Assembly (NCBI GenBank): GCA_018829445.1
Contig: JAHJTV010000031.1
Span: 26,220 to 90,219 of the forward strand
DNA length: 64,000 bases
Source of the DNA: a bacterium
Lineage (GTDB): Bacteria; SAR324; XYD2-FULL-50-16
Direction: 5' to 3'
A program made the position numbers and the translations under genes. The first letter of the stretch is position 1; the number at the start of each line of letters is the position of its first letter. Below, piece by piece: positions 51,359 to 61,787 of this stretch. Under the pieces are notes generated by a model, which searched no databases, was not told the DNA's origin, and saw only the letters and a program-made list of their open reading frames with translations.

Positions 51359-52171
51359 ATGGATTTTAACGGAAAAATCGCTTTTATTACCGGAGGTTCA
51401 AGCGGTATTGGACTGGCTATTGCCAGGCAATTGTTTACACAGGGAGCGAATGTCTTTATTTTTTCCAGGAACGACGCACGACTTGTAAACGCAGTCAAAG
51501 AGATTCGCAGGTTCAATCAACATAAAACCGGTCGTATCGATTCCCGTGTCCTGGACGTTTCCCAACATGAATTGGTAACAAGGGTAATGGATGAGGCTGT
51601 TGAAACATTTGGTGTTCCGGATATTCTGATCAATTGTGCCGGGCGATCCTATCCGCACTATTTTGAGGAGATCAGTTATCAGCAATTTGATGAAACCATA
51701 AAAATCAATCTTTATGGAATCTGGAATGTAACCGCGGCCCTATTCCCCCGCATGAAGGCAAAAGGAGGACATATCATCAATGTCTCCTCCCTGGCCGGAT
51801 TTATTGGTGTTTTTGGTTTTACCGATTATTCCGCATCCAAATTCGGGATCATCGGATTTTCAGAATCTTTGCGCAGTGAGGGTAAACGATACGGTATTAA
51901 AGTGTCCGTACTATGTCCGGCAGATACCGACACCCCCTCTTTTGAAATTGAGAACAGAACCAAACCTCCCGAAACCATGGCAGTTTCCGAAACTGCGGAC
52001 CTCTTCCAGCCTGAGGAGATCGCCGAAGCCTTGTGTAAAAAAATCGGCAGCAACAGCTTTCTGATCATTCCCGGGTTGATGCCTAAAGTCACTTATTATT
52101 TGAAAAGGCTTTTCCCGGGAATCGTTGAAATGATAATGGACAGGGTTATTCGCAAGGTTCAAAACAATTGA
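51359..52171 (+). CDS. SDR oxidoreductase, KDSR (3-ketodihydrosphingosine reductase)-like subgroup
   Basis: TGGSSGIG, YSASK, PxDTDTPxxxxENxxKP. Confidence 0.85.
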   Translation: MDFNGKIAFITGGSSGIGLAIARQLFTQGANVFIFSRNDARLVNAVKEIRRFNQHKTGRIDSRVLDVSQHELVTRVMDEAVETFGVPDILINCAGRSYPHYFEEISYQQFDETIKINLYGIWNVTAALFPRMKAKGGHIINVSSLAGFIGVFGFTDYSASKFGIIGFSESLRSEGKRYGIKVSVLCPADTDTPSFEIENRTKPPETMAVSETADLFQPEEIAEALCKKIGSNSFLIIPGLMPKVTYYLKRLFPGIVEMIMDRVIRKVQNN

Positions 52172-52839
52172 GAGCGCAAGGCGGGGTGAAGGACGCGTGC
52201 GATGACGGTAAAAACAATCCCCAGCAAGATCGCCAGTTTGCTGATTTCACCCAATTTCAACTTCTGCTTGCCGGCAATCAACCCCGCAAAGGGGATAATG
52301 GAGGTGCTGTTAACAAATACAGCCAGTTCATCTCCCATCTGACTAACCTTTTTTTTGTCCTGGTGTGCAGATCCCAGGTATCCGTAGAGAATAAATCCCA
52401 GGTAAAAAATCCAGTCGACTGCAAGTCGGTTGGTTAAAAGATGAGCCAGCCCGAACAGGGCGAATGACATGTTCATGGGATGTCTGGTAATGCGCGTTAT
52501 ACCATAAGCTTCTCGTCTCCCTGGAGCCATCCCCATGGGTGTACCATTAATAAAACCGCTGAAAAGAAGAATAAAAGCCAGCAGCATGATCAAATTACTG
52601 AGAACACCCATCCACTGACTCTCCATTCCGGCTTCCAAAAATAGTACGCTATCACCACGCGCCATTGAATAGGAGATAATCAGAAAAGCAAAGCTGGCCA
52701 AAGCTACCAGGGAATAAACACCTTGAAACCCTTTGTCTCCCAGTTTTGATACCAGACTGCCCCGAAAAGGCTCTGCACTCAGGCCAATATGCGTTCCGGC
52801 AAATAAAATCCAACCTAATAGTACCATCCAGATTCCCAT
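52159..52839 (-). CDS. NnrU family membrane protein
   Basis: H..R..L...G..YS, GITRITRHPM, HL, TSxIPF. Confidence 0.85.
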   Translation of the reverse strand: MGIWMVLLGWILFAGTHIGLSAEPFRGSLVSKLGDKGFQGVYSLVALASFAFLIISYSMARGDSVLFLEAGMESQWMGVLSNLIMLLAFILLFSGFINGTPMGMAPGRREAYGITRITRHPMNMSFALFGLAHLLTNRLAVDWIFYLGFILYGYLGSAHQDKKKVSQMGDELAVFVNSTSIIPFAGLIAGKQKLKLGEISKLAILLGIVFTVIARVLHPALRSQLF

Positions 52840-53009
52840 TTTTATCTCTCCTTTTATTTCAGTATATTGGAAAATTCTATTGCCACATGGTTTGCTGAAA
52901 AATGATCACCAAAGTGTTTGAAATCTATCAAGGTACTTTTACTCTGGCAAGCCAATTTGTTTCGACTCAAGCCAGGAAGGGTAACAGGCTCAAAAAAATG
53001 ATTTTTTTG

Positions 53010-53056
53010 TTGACAGACATTAAAAGCAAGGATAAAACGTATGACGTAACACGTCA
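53010..53056 (+). promoter_or_regulatory. Promoter and TGACGT-N3-ACGTCA palindrome upstream of the DUF6125 cluster
   Basis: TTGACA at 53010-53015; palindrome at 53042-53056. Confidence 0.5.
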
Positions 53057-53309
53057 CTATATATTCTTGTATTTAGTCTCCCAATGATCTGTTTGTACTA
53101 TGGGGGAAATGCTAAAAACAGGGCGTTGATAGAACATAAGAATGGCGTGAGCAGAATTTTTGAAAAAAGGATATGTATCAAATTTAACCTGGATGTTTAG
53201 AAAGCAAATATTCAGGGAGGAGGCAAAAACATCCAAGGATTCGGAACATGCTGTTTGGATACTTATCCGGAGTTTGGACTAAACAAATCATATTTGGAGC
53301 AAAACCAAC

Positions 53310-53882
53310 ATGACGGAAACATACGATATTACAACAGAGGCCGGTAGAGTAGACTGGGACGGGTTAAAAGGTGAGCTGATGGAGCTTTCCAAAGACACAC
53401 TGGCAGAAATGGTGAATGTCTGGCTTAAAACTTTCTGGAGTGTACAGAGTTACTGGATGATTTTTACGGAAGAGAGCGTGGGTTTTGAGGCTACCGCATT
53501 GATGGACCACAAGATCTGGCAAAAAGTGGGACCAATCCAGGCCTACCGGGTTAAAAAGGCACTTAACCTGGGGGATGATGTTCAGGCGCTGGCAACCATG
53601 TTCAAATTCACAGCTCCTCAGTGGGTGCCTGCTGGTTTTGACTGGGAATTTACCGAGGTTACCGACAAAAAACTGGTGATGACGGTGAACAAATGCCCCA
53701 TGGGAACATTCCGCAAAGCCGCTAATCTTGACTTGCTGCCGTGTAAACTGGCAATCCCTTCAGTTTATGAGGTGATGGCCAAGGTTATTAACGAAAAGTT
53801 CGAAACCACCTGTCTTCATGCTCACCCCGATGCCCCCAAGGAAGGGGTCATGTGCCGGTGGCAATGTGTTTTAAAAGACTGA
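53310..53882 (+). CDS. DUF6125-like protein (V4R/HNOB-like fold, conserved Cys)
   Basis: W...E...G...A...D..IW pattern; CP, PCK, C..HPD, CRW. Confidence 0.65.
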   Translation: MTETYDITTEAGRVDWDGLKGELMELSKDTLAEMVNVWLKTFWSVQSYWMIFTEESVGFEATALMDHKIWQKVGPIQAYRVKKALNLGDDVQALATMFKFTAPQWVPAGFDWEFTEVTDKKLVMTVNKCPMGTFRKAANLDLLPCKLAIPSVYEVMAKVINEKFETTCLHAHPDAPKEGVMCRWQCVLKD

Positions 53883-54069
53883 CAGGAGTGTTTTATATTT
53901 GTCAAAGCATCAAAGAGTCAAACAAACAAAAAACAATACTTCAGATCTTATTCCATTGCATGGATGATAGACAGGCATTCAATGGAGATTCATGTCTTAG
54001 TTAGTATTAATCGCTCCCGGGTAAACCATACCCGGGTCACATGGGATTCTATCCGAGGAGACTGTATTT

Positions 54070-55293
54070 ATGATAAATAAACCTTTAAATGGTATAAAAA
54101 TTCTGGACCTGAGCTGGGTGTATGCAGGCCCGTTTGCCAGTATGTTGCTTTCGGATTTGGGGGCAGAAGTCGTTAAAGTGGAAGGTCCGCCATTCGGAGA
54201 TTGGGTTCGACTCGCACCTCCACTGAAGAACGGAAGTAGTGGCTATTTTTATATGTTAAACCGGAGAAAAAAATCAATCGGTCTGGACTTAAAAAGTGCA
54301 AAGGGCAAGCAGGTCTTTCTTGATCTGGTGAAACAGTTTGACGTGGTACTGGAAAATTTTAAGGCTGGAACCATGGATAAATTGGGGCTTGGGTATGATC
54401 AGGCCAGAGAGGCTAATCCCAAAATCATTTATGGCTCCATTAACGGGTTTGGCAGCAGCGGACCGTATGCGCACATGCCCTGCGTCGACCCCATCGCCCA
54501 GGCCATGGGGGGATTAATGTCGCTGACAGGATTTCCGGGGCAACCCCCGCTGAAAACCGGCCCGGCGGTGGCCGATTCTCTTTCGGGATTATATCTGGCC
54601 CTGGGAATTATGGGAGCTCTCCGCCAGATGGAACAGACGGGTGTTGGCTCTCGACTTGAAGTCTCCATGATGGACAGTGTTTTTTCTGTACTGGAGGAGT
54701 CGGTGATTCGTACCAGTATGACCGGCGATCCGGGATCTTCACGTGGAAATACCGATCCCCTGGGAGCACCCTGGGATGCTTTTGAAACCAAGGATGGCCA
54801 TTGGGTTATGGTTTGTAACCTGAACCCGGATAATTTTGACAAAATCTACCGCATGATCGGACGGGAAGATGTTGTCAATGAATATTGCGGTTTTAATGAA
54901 GCTGCGGCAGAAAAACGTTCGCGGGATCTGCTGAAACTTAACGGAATTTTCGCCGAGTGGGCAAAAACCAAGGATGTTGAAGAATTTCAGAAAATCCTCC
55001 TGGATATGTCGATCCCCAATGGCATTGTAAAGAACGTTAAGGAACTGCTGGATGATCCGCAACTGAAAAGCCGGAACATGGTAGTTGATATTGACCACCC
55101 CGCGTTGGGACAGATCAAAACCTTCAATCTCCCCATTAAGTTTTTTGACAACGAAATGGGTATTCAACCCGGTGAAAATCCTCTGGAACCGACTGTGGGA
55201 GAACACAACAGCCAGATATTCAGAGAAGTTCTGGGATTAAGTGAAGCGGAGATTGACGATTTGAAAAAAGAACAAGTGATTTGGGCGGGTTAA
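54070..55293 (+). CDS. Family III CoA-transferase (CaiB/BaiF)
   Basis: PLxGIKILD, AGP, LGAEVxKVE, NRxKKS, ENF, GFG..GP, catalytic D in AVAD. Confidence 0.93.
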   Translation: MINKPLNGIKILDLSWVYAGPFASMLLSDLGAEVVKVEGPPFGDWVRLAPPLKNGSSGYFYMLNRRKKSIGLDLKSAKGKQVFLDLVKQFDVVLENFKAGTMDKLGLGYDQAREANPKIIYGSINGFGSSGPYAHMPCVDPIAQAMGGLMSLTGFPGQPPLKTGPAVADSLSGLYLALGIMGALRQMEQTGVGSRLEVSMMDSVFSVLEESVIRTSMTGDPGSSRGNTDPLGAPWDAFETKDGHWVMVCNLNPDNFDKIYRMIGREDVVNEYCGFNEAAAEKRSRDLLKLNGIFAEWAKTKDVEEFQKILLDMSIPNGIVKNVKELLDDPQLKSRNMVVDIDHPALGQIKTFNLPIKFFDNEMGIQPGENPLEPTVGEHNSQIFREVLGLSEAEIDDLKKEQVIWAG

Positions 55294-56780
55294 TGGCAAT
55301 AAAAACACAGCTGAAGATTGGAGAATTGTCAAAAATAGCTGGTGTGACCCCCAGAACCATTCGTTTTTATGTGCAGGAGGGGTTGTTGCCTCAACCGGAG
55401 CGAAAGCAGAAGAATCTTGCTTTATACGGTGCGGATTGTGTGGAGAAAATTCAGGCTATAAGAAAAGCCCAGAATGAGCGGTTTCTCCCGCTGGTTGTGA
55501 TTAGACAGATCCTGGAACAAAACAGATTCGACTATTCCGCTTTATGCGATGTCGATGTGCCGACTTTTAGTACCGGCAGTCAGCAGGCGGATGTTGATAT
55601 ATCAGTTCCGGAGATAGGTGAACCGGATATTCCTGAAGAGATAGTCGTCTCGCTGAAAAAGAAAAAACTGATTCAGACCAGCGAAAAGAGAACAGGTGAT
55701 ATAATCTATAGCGGAGATGATCGCCGGTTGGTGACCCTGCTCTCAGCTTTACATAACAACGGTCTGAGCTGGGATGAACTGCTCACTTCCCTGGACACCA
55801 TTCAGGGACTGGTGGAGAACATAGCTGAGCTGGAATGCCGTGCACTGCTAAGCGGCGTCATGAATAATCCAACCGGGGATTTTCAAAACTTGTTGCAGTT
55901 GGAGGAGAAAACACTACAGAGCTTTATCAACAAGGTGCGTCGCCATACTCTAAAAAACATTATGGTTCGTTATCAAAACGACCTCGATTATGCCTTTCTG
56001 GCATCAGCTGATGAGGGATACGCTGTTCAGGCGGATAAAATCCTCCCTATTCTTCAAACAATGGAAAGTACACTTAAACCGCGTTCCAAGGACAAACGGT
56101 TGCTAAACGATTTAGCCCTTGGCTACAGTTGCCTGGGAAATCTGGAAGACTCTCTGCGTTATCTGCAGCGAATCCGGAGATTCTCACCTGATGACCTGGA
56201 GACACAGCTGCGCTGGATTTGGTATCAGCGATTTACGCGTCGGCAGCAGGATCAGAAAAGGCTCAGGGAAAAGATGGACAAACTGGTTGCTGACAATCCC
56301 GACTATGCCATGGGTCGGGCTTTTATGGCGATCTGGTATGCTTTTGACACCCTGGAAACCGACGATCCCTATGAAATCTTAAGATTAACGAACCGTTGTC
56401 TACAGGAGATTGAAGCAGCTGACCGTCATCTGCCCGAAGATCTCCACGAATGGACGTTGATTCATTATATCAAGGGTAGGTTTTTTGGCCGCATGCAGGC
56501 TGTTCCCGGCAGCCTGGAAAACGGGATTGCCGCTTTTGAGTGTATTCGGGATCGACAAAGTGAATTGGATAAGTATTATGCCACACAAAAACCATTCTTT
56601 TCTCAATGGTTGTGGCCGAATATCCATCTTTTCCTGGGGATTTTCTATAACCAGGCCGGGCGCTTTGAAGAGGCTTTGAAGGTTTTGTTTCACGGACGTG
56701 AATTCAAGATGTTGCCCCCATATCAGGAACGTCTTGAAAAAGAAATTGAAACGGCACATTTCCATGAGGATAAGTGTTAG
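55293..56780 (+). CDS. MerR-family HTH regulator with long helical/TPR-like C-terminus
   Basis: IGELSxxAGVTPRTIRFYxxxGLLP; TPR-like helices; TAATG overlap with the CoA-transferase. Confidence 0.8.
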   Translation: MAIKTQLKIGELSKIAGVTPRTIRFYVQEGLLPQPERKQKNLALYGADCVEKIQAIRKAQNERFLPLVVIRQILEQNRFDYSALCDVDVPTFSTGSQQADVDISVPEIGEPDIPEEIVVSLKKKKLIQTSEKRTGDIIYSGDDRRLVTLLSALHNNGLSWDELLTSLDTIQGLVENIAELECRALLSGVMNNPTGDFQNLLQLEEKTLQSFINKVRRHTLKNIMVRYQNDLDYAFLASADEGYAVQADKILPILQTMESTLKPRSKDKRLLNDLALGYSCLGNLEDSLRYLQRIRRFSPDDLETQLRWIWYQRFTRRQQDQKRLREKMDKLVADNPDYAMGRAFMAIWYAFDTLETDDPYEILRLTNRCLQEIEAADRHLPEDLHEWTLIHYIKGRFFGRMQAVPGSLENGIAAFECIRDRQSELDKYYATQKPFFSQWLWPNIHLFLGIFYNQAGRFEEALKVLFHGREFKMLPPYQERLEKEIETAHFHEDKC

Positions 56781-56854
56781 TATTACTTATTCGCTGATAG
56801 TACAAGCAATAAAAGATTTTACCCTAAGACTTTGAACACAAAAAAGGAGGATTT

Positions 56855-58153
56855 ATGGAGGAAACGAATTCCGGTTTAACACGCGGTTTGACGCTTGTCA
56901 CCATGTTTACGCTCATGACCGGTGCCATGGTTGGTATGGCCTGGGCAGTCCTGGCAAATGTTTTTCTGGATCGAGGCGGACCGGCTGCCATTATCTCAAT
57001 GGTAATCGCTGCCGTCTTATGCATCTTCATCGGGCTTTGTTACGCTGAGCTCTGTGCTGCCATGCCCAAAGCCGGTGGTGAATATATCTATGTGAAAAGA
57101 GGATTGGGAGATTTTCCTGGTTTTTTTGCCGGCTGGATTCTGGTACTGGCATACGCTTCCATGATGCCGGGGGAATGTATCATTATCGGAAAGCTGCTCA
57201 ACGGGATTAATCCCGCTTTTCCACCCGCTTTAACAGGGGCTTTGACGGCGGTTATTTTTACGATTATCAATCTACTGGGGGTTCGAATCTCAGGTCGGAT
57301 TCAATTCTTTTTTGCCCTTTTTCTATTTGGCGGCATCCTGCTTTATGTCGGAGCTGCACTTCCAAAACTGGAAGTGGCTAATTTTCAACCCTTCTTCGGC
57401 AGGGGTCTGGGTGGCGTTGCCATTATGATTCCCATTGCCATGCTCGGTTTCATGGGGTTTGATATCCTGCCCCAGGCAGCCGAAGAGATTAACGCTCCCG
57501 TCAGAAAAATGGTTTTCCTGATCCCACTCGCCATTGTTTTTGTTGCATTTTTCTACATTGTTGTCACCATTGCCAACGCCGGTGTGCAGCACTGGGAAAT
57601 ACTGGCTAAAAGTACAGACAGTATTCCCATCCTAAAACCGGTGACCATTGCCCTGGGTGAAAAAGGAGCAGTTATCATCCTGGTGGCGGGGATCTGCGGA
57701 TTATTGACAACCATGAATGCTTTTCTGTTGGGTGGTTCCCGTTTATTGATGGCCATGGCCAAAGATGGTCAACTGCCTTCTCCGCTGGCTTATGTGCATC
57801 CGAAGTATAAAACGCCTTCCGTAGCCTTGCTTTTTTTGGGAGCAATGGGAGTGGCGGGTAGCTATATCAAAGAGTTGATCGTGTTGTTTGATACGGCGTC
57901 GGCGGCCATATTGATCTGCTATGTTCTGGTCGTTCTCAGTGTTATGAGGCTGCGACGAACGGAGCCTGATATGGAGAGACCTTATCGAACCTGGGGATAC
58001 CCGGCGGTTCCCATTATCGCGATTATTGCCGTGATTCCGACCTGGCTAATTTCGGTTTCTCTTCTCAAATCATGGGCTGTTATCGTATTCGTCGGCTGGA
58101 TTTTTATCGGTATTCTCTATTATCTGCTGACCCTGCGAAAGTCTAAGGGATAA
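56855..58153 (+). CDS. APC family amino acid permease
   Basis: YAELxxAMPxAGG, GF(D), EE..P, SRxLxAMAxDG, RPY; GGAGG RBS. Confidence 0.92.
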   Translation: MEETNSGLTRGLTLVTMFTLMTGAMVGMAWAVLANVFLDRGGPAAIISMVIAAVLCIFIGLCYAELCAAMPKAGGEYIYVKRGLGDFPGFFAGWILVLAYASMMPGECIIIGKLLNGINPAFPPALTGALTAVIFTIINLLGVRISGRIQFFFALFLFGGILLYVGAALPKLEVANFQPFFGRGLGGVAIMIPIAMLGFMGFDILPQAAEEINAPVRKMVFLIPLAIVFVAFFYIVVTIANAGVQHWEILAKSTDSIPILKPVTIALGEKGAVIILVAGICGLLTTMNAFLLGGSRLLMAMAKDGQLPSPLAYVHPKYKTPSVALLFLGAMGVAGSYIKELIVLFDTASAAILICYVLVVLSVMRLRRTEPDMERPYRTWGYPAVPIIAIIAVIPTWLISVSLLKSWAVIVFVGWIFIGILYYLLTLRKSKG

Positions 58154-58182
58154 GGAGCACTCATTCGTGAATTTAGCTAAGG

Positions 58183-58223
58183 AAAGTCAATATATGAATC
58201 GCAAAGAACAATATATTGACTTT
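58183..58223. promoter_or_regulatory. 13-bp perfect inverted repeat (terminator or enhancer-binding site)
   Basis: aaagtcaatatat-N15-atatattgacttt. Confidence 0.55.
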
Positions 58224-58288
58224 TTACGGATTGATATACTGACTGTCTGATTTTAGTTCAATATAACAGCTACTTGCATCTACAATGC

Positions 58289-58305
58289 TTGGCACCTCTA
58301 TTGCA
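58289..58305 (+). promoter_or_regulatory. Sigma-54 (-24/-12) promoter of the acyl-CoA ligase
   Basis: TTGGCAC-N5-TTGCA consensus, about 70 nt before ATG 58374. Confidence 0.8.
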
Positions 58306-58373
58306 GACATTGGCGGGATGTGTTGCACACCCCGTATCTCACCAATGATCTCAACCCCATCAGAGGAGGATGT

Positions 58374-60167
58374 ATGCAATTTGTGGATTATAAGAATGTT
58401 CATCAGATGATCAAGAGTGTTGTTGACAAGTACCCTGACAAGTTTGCATTCAGGTGGTTCACGGATGACCAGGGAAATCGTGACGGCGTCAACTGGAACC
58501 AGTTTTACGTTCAGGCTAAACAGGTGGCGAAAAGCCTGATGGCCCTGGATGTAAAAAAAGAGGACAAAATCAACATCATCAGCAACACCTGCTACCGCTG
58601 GTCTTTAACCGATATCGGCACCATAATCTCCGGGGCTGTCACAGTCGGAATCTATCAATCCAACCTCCCCAAAGACTGCCAGTACATCATCGATCATTCG
58701 GATGCGGTTGTGGTGTTTGTGGAAGATGAAGTGCAATTGAACAAGCTGTTTACCATCCGAGACAAGATTCCAAAGGTTCGTAAAGTGGTTATGATCAATG
58801 GGACGCACAAGGATGACTGGGTGATCTCATATGAGGAGTTTTTAAGTCTGGGCGATAAGATTAGTGATAAGGATTTTGAGAAGCGTGCCAATGAACCAAA
58901 GCCCAATGATCCTGCAACCTTAGTCTATACCTCCGGGACAACCGGGGTTCCCAAGGGAGTGGTTATTACCCAGGACAATCTAACCTTTAATTCGCAATCC
59001 ATCAAAGCATCCCTGCAAATGTTGGAAGGAGATGACACCATTGTTTTCCTGCCGCTGGCGCATGTTATGGCCAGGTTAACGGTTTATTCGGCGGCTATAT
59101 CCGGAACAGTGGTCACCATTGCCCGTAGTCTGGATACGGCAGTGGAAGATATCGGTTTTACAAAGCCCCATTGGATTCCCAGTGTTCCCAGGGTTTATGA
59201 AAAAATTTACTCCAAAGTGGTCAGCGGTGCAGAAGAAAAGGGTGGGATCATTCTGAAACTATTCAACTGGGCCTGCAATGTTGGCTATCAGGTAAGTGAC
59301 TGCAAGACGAATAAAAAACCGATTCCTGGTTTCATTGGATTTCAATATGCCATTGCCAGTAAACTGGTGTTTTCCAAGCTGCAGAAAGTCTTAGGAGGTA
59401 ATATCCGCTGGATGTTAAGCGGTGGAGCTCCTTTAAACGAAAGTATTGCCAAGTTTTTTCATGCTGCCGGAATCCTGGTACTGGAAGGGATTGGGATGAC
59501 GGAAAACGCCTCGTTCAGCCATAGCAACCGGTTTGACGATTACAAGTTCGGGACGGTGGGGCTTCCCGGGCCAGGGATAGAAACCAAAATTGCGAAGGAT
59601 GGCGAGATTCTGATCCGCGGACGGAATGTGATGCGGGAGTATTATAAGATGGCGGACGAAACCAAGAAGACGTTCACCAAGGATGGCTGGCTTTTAACCG
59701 GAGATCTGGGCGTCATCGATTCTAAAGGATTTTTAACTGTAACCGGTCGAAAAAAGGAGATCATTATCACTGCCGGAGGCAAAAATGTAGCTCCCGCACT
59801 GCTTGAAGGGGTTATTGGCACTTCAACCTATATTAACCAAGCTATGGTGGTGGGCGATCGCAGGAAGTATCTGACCGCTTTGGTAACCATAGATCCTCTC
59901 ACTGTAGAGGAATATGCCAAGAAAAACGGAATCTCCTATTCTTCCATTGCAGATTTGGGGCAGCATCCGGAAATTCGCAAGCTGATAGAGAATGAGGTCC
60001 AGGAGAAAAACAAGGAATTTGCTTCATTTGAAACCATCAAAAAAGTGGCCATCGTTCCGGAATTCACCGTGGAAAACGGATTGATCACCCCAACCCTGAA
60101 GCTGAAAAAGAACCTGATTGAAAAACAGTACAAAAATGATATTGATAATCTTTACGTTGAGAATTGA
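58374..60167 (+). CDS. Long-chain fatty acid-CoA ligase
   Basis: YTSGTTGxPKG, G(I)GMTE, TGDLG, GRKK, TPTLK; GGAGG RBS. Confidence 0.93.
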   Translation: MQFVDYKNVHQMIKSVVDKYPDKFAFRWFTDDQGNRDGVNWNQFYVQAKQVAKSLMALDVKKEDKINIISNTCYRWSLTDIGTIISGAVTVGIYQSNLPKDCQYIIDHSDAVVVFVEDEVQLNKLFTIRDKIPKVRKVVMINGTHKDDWVISYEEFLSLGDKISDKDFEKRANEPKPNDPATLVYTSGTTGVPKGVVITQDNLTFNSQSIKASLQMLEGDDTIVFLPLAHVMARLTVYSAAISGTVVTIARSLDTAVEDIGFTKPHWIPSVPRVYEKIYSKVVSGAEEKGGIILKLFNWACNVGYQVSDCKTNKKPIPGFIGFQYAIASKLVFSKLQKVLGGNIRWMLSGGAPLNESIAKFFHAAGILVLEGIGMTENASFSHSNRFDDYKFGTVGLPGPGIETKIAKDGEILIRGRNVMREYYKMADETKKTFTKDGWLLTGDLGVIDSKGFLTVTGRKKEIIITAGGKNVAPALLEGVIGTSTYINQAMVVGDRRKYLTALVTIDPLTVEEYAKKNGISYSSIADLGQHPEIRKLIENEVQEKNKEFASFETIKKVAIVPEFTVENGLITPTLKLKKNLIEKQYKNDIDNLYVEN

Positions 60168-60257
60168 GTTGTAGCAAACAATGGGTGGCCACTTAGAGCC
60201 ACCCCGCCCATGGCTATCGATCCACTGCCAGACCCCCATTCACGATTTCAAATAAAT

Positions 60258-61787
60258 TCACAGAACCATCCATTTGCCGGTCTTTTTCGAGCCGTTTCGT
60301 ATCAGAAGTTTCTCAGCCTTCAATTTGCGGATAGTTCTTTTAACGGTTGCCGGGCTAACCTGCAGAACTACGGCAATTTGCTCGTAAACAGCCTTGGGGT
60401 TCTGTTTAAGATAGTCCAATAAATCCTGTCTTAAATCACTTGACCTTATAAATGACCTTTCACCTCTTTTCTTGCTGGATTCCATGAAATAAAGAGGGTT
60501 TTGGTCTTCAACCGAATCAGGTTTAACAGGACTGTCTTGATAAAAGGTCATATTCCCAACTGACCCTTTAACCAGTATCGTTTTCAAATAATCATCGGTC
60601 GCTTCAAAAATCAGCTCTTTCCCGGCAGCTTTCATTAAGGGGATAACCTTGGTTCTGATTCCCATTCCACGGGCATCAACATAGCCATAATCCTTCAGAA
60701 CTTCAACGATGATCTGGTTTCGGGTTGAGCGTTGCCCGGCCTTCATCTTTTCTATGGTCATAGAATTTTGTAATGCGCCCGGACTGATGACTTCCAGTCG
60801 ATTTTCATACACTGTCATTTCGATATCAACAAAGCGTGTCCAATCTCTGTGCGCCAGGGCATTTATCATCGTTTCTCTGACGGCATCAAGGGGATAGTTC
60901 CAGCTTTTTTCTCTGCGAAACGAACGGTCAATCGTCGCTGATTCAGTCGTAATAAAGGGTTCCAGGCTGTTCACACACTTTTCGATCAGGCCCTCATCGA
61001 TCAATTGCCTGCCCTCCTTGTTGATCTTCCACCTGCCAACCATTGGTCCGTCAATCACTCGGTCCATCAATGCCTGGTACTCCTTGTCACTACCCCTGAA
61101 AGCCATCAATCTGAGTCCCGACTGTCTCAGGCATCTTCTGGGATTCACTCCGAAAAGCACCAGTCCGGCAATGGTGCACAGACAGGTTTGCTCCCTGGTA
61201 GTAACCATCAGACCCAATCCCTCCAGTCGGTTCTTCCAGGCTGCCTCATCCAAGGGAGGATCAGGATCCTTCAGAATATCCCGTATATAGTTCTCAAGAC
61301 GTACCAGATCCAGAGAGTCGAAAGAAGTTCCGGGAACCGGCATAACTTCTGAGTGTAGAACACCACCCGATTCAAACAGTCTCAATTGCTGTTCCCGTGT
61401 TGCCCGCCGCGAAATACTGCCGATTCGAATATAAATCTCCTCCCTGTCTTTGTTGCGAACAACATAAGGCTTGGAGGGCCCCTGGGGAAAGGAAACAACG
61501 GCGATGCGTTTATCCTGCTCAATTTGGATCTCTTCGTAAAAAGGAAGAATCATCGGGTGCACATAGCGGGAGAAAACGGTATCCACTACCCATTCAGCAA
61601 GATTATTTCTTTGAATCCCGGATATAGCCCCGTCATCTTCAACACCCAGCAGGATTAGTCCCCCCTGAAGGTTAGCCATCGCCACCACCTCTTTTGCCAG
61701 CTGTTCCGGTCGAATATTATCCCGTTTGAACTCAACGCCGGAATTCTCTCCATTTCGAATCAGGTTTAAAAGGTCTTCCTTTTTCAT
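60258..61787 (-). CDS. AlbA_2 (Schlafen-like) + HATPase_c_4 + C-terminal HTH protein (often labelled RecG-like)
   Basis: GENxxVEFK, AMANxxGG, RExxxNAxxHRD, SPG, RN, GxG, C-terminal wHTH ending G.W. Confidence 0.85.
   Translation of the reverse strand: MKKEDLLNLIRNGENSGVEFKRDNIRPEQLAKEVVAMANLQGGLILLGVEDDGAISGIQRNNLAEWVVDTVFSRYVHPMILPFYEEIQIEQDKRIAVVSFPQGPSKPYVVRNKDREEIYIRIGSISRRATREQQLRLFESGGVLHSEVMPVPGTSFDSLDLVRLENYIRDILKDPDPPLDEAAWKNRLEGLGLMVTTREQTCLCTIAGLVLFGVNPRRCLRQSGLRLMAFRGSDKEYQALMDRVIDGPMVGRWKINKEGRQLIDEGLIEKCVNSLEPFITTESATIDRSFRREKSWNYPLDAVRETMINALAHRDWTRFVDIEMTVYENRLEVISPGALQNSMTIEKMKAGQRSTRNQIIVEVLKDYGYVDARGMGIRTKVIPLMKAAGKELIFEATDDYLKTILVKGSVGNMTFYQDSPVKPDSVEDQNPLYFMESSKKRGERSFIRSSDLRQDLLDYLKQNPKAVYEQIAVVLQVSPATVKRTIRKLKAEKLLIRNGSKKTGKWMVL

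Noticed and set aside
60258-61787. RecG helicase
   Set aside because: No SF2 helicase motifs; the architecture is AlbA_2 + HATPase_c_4 + HTH
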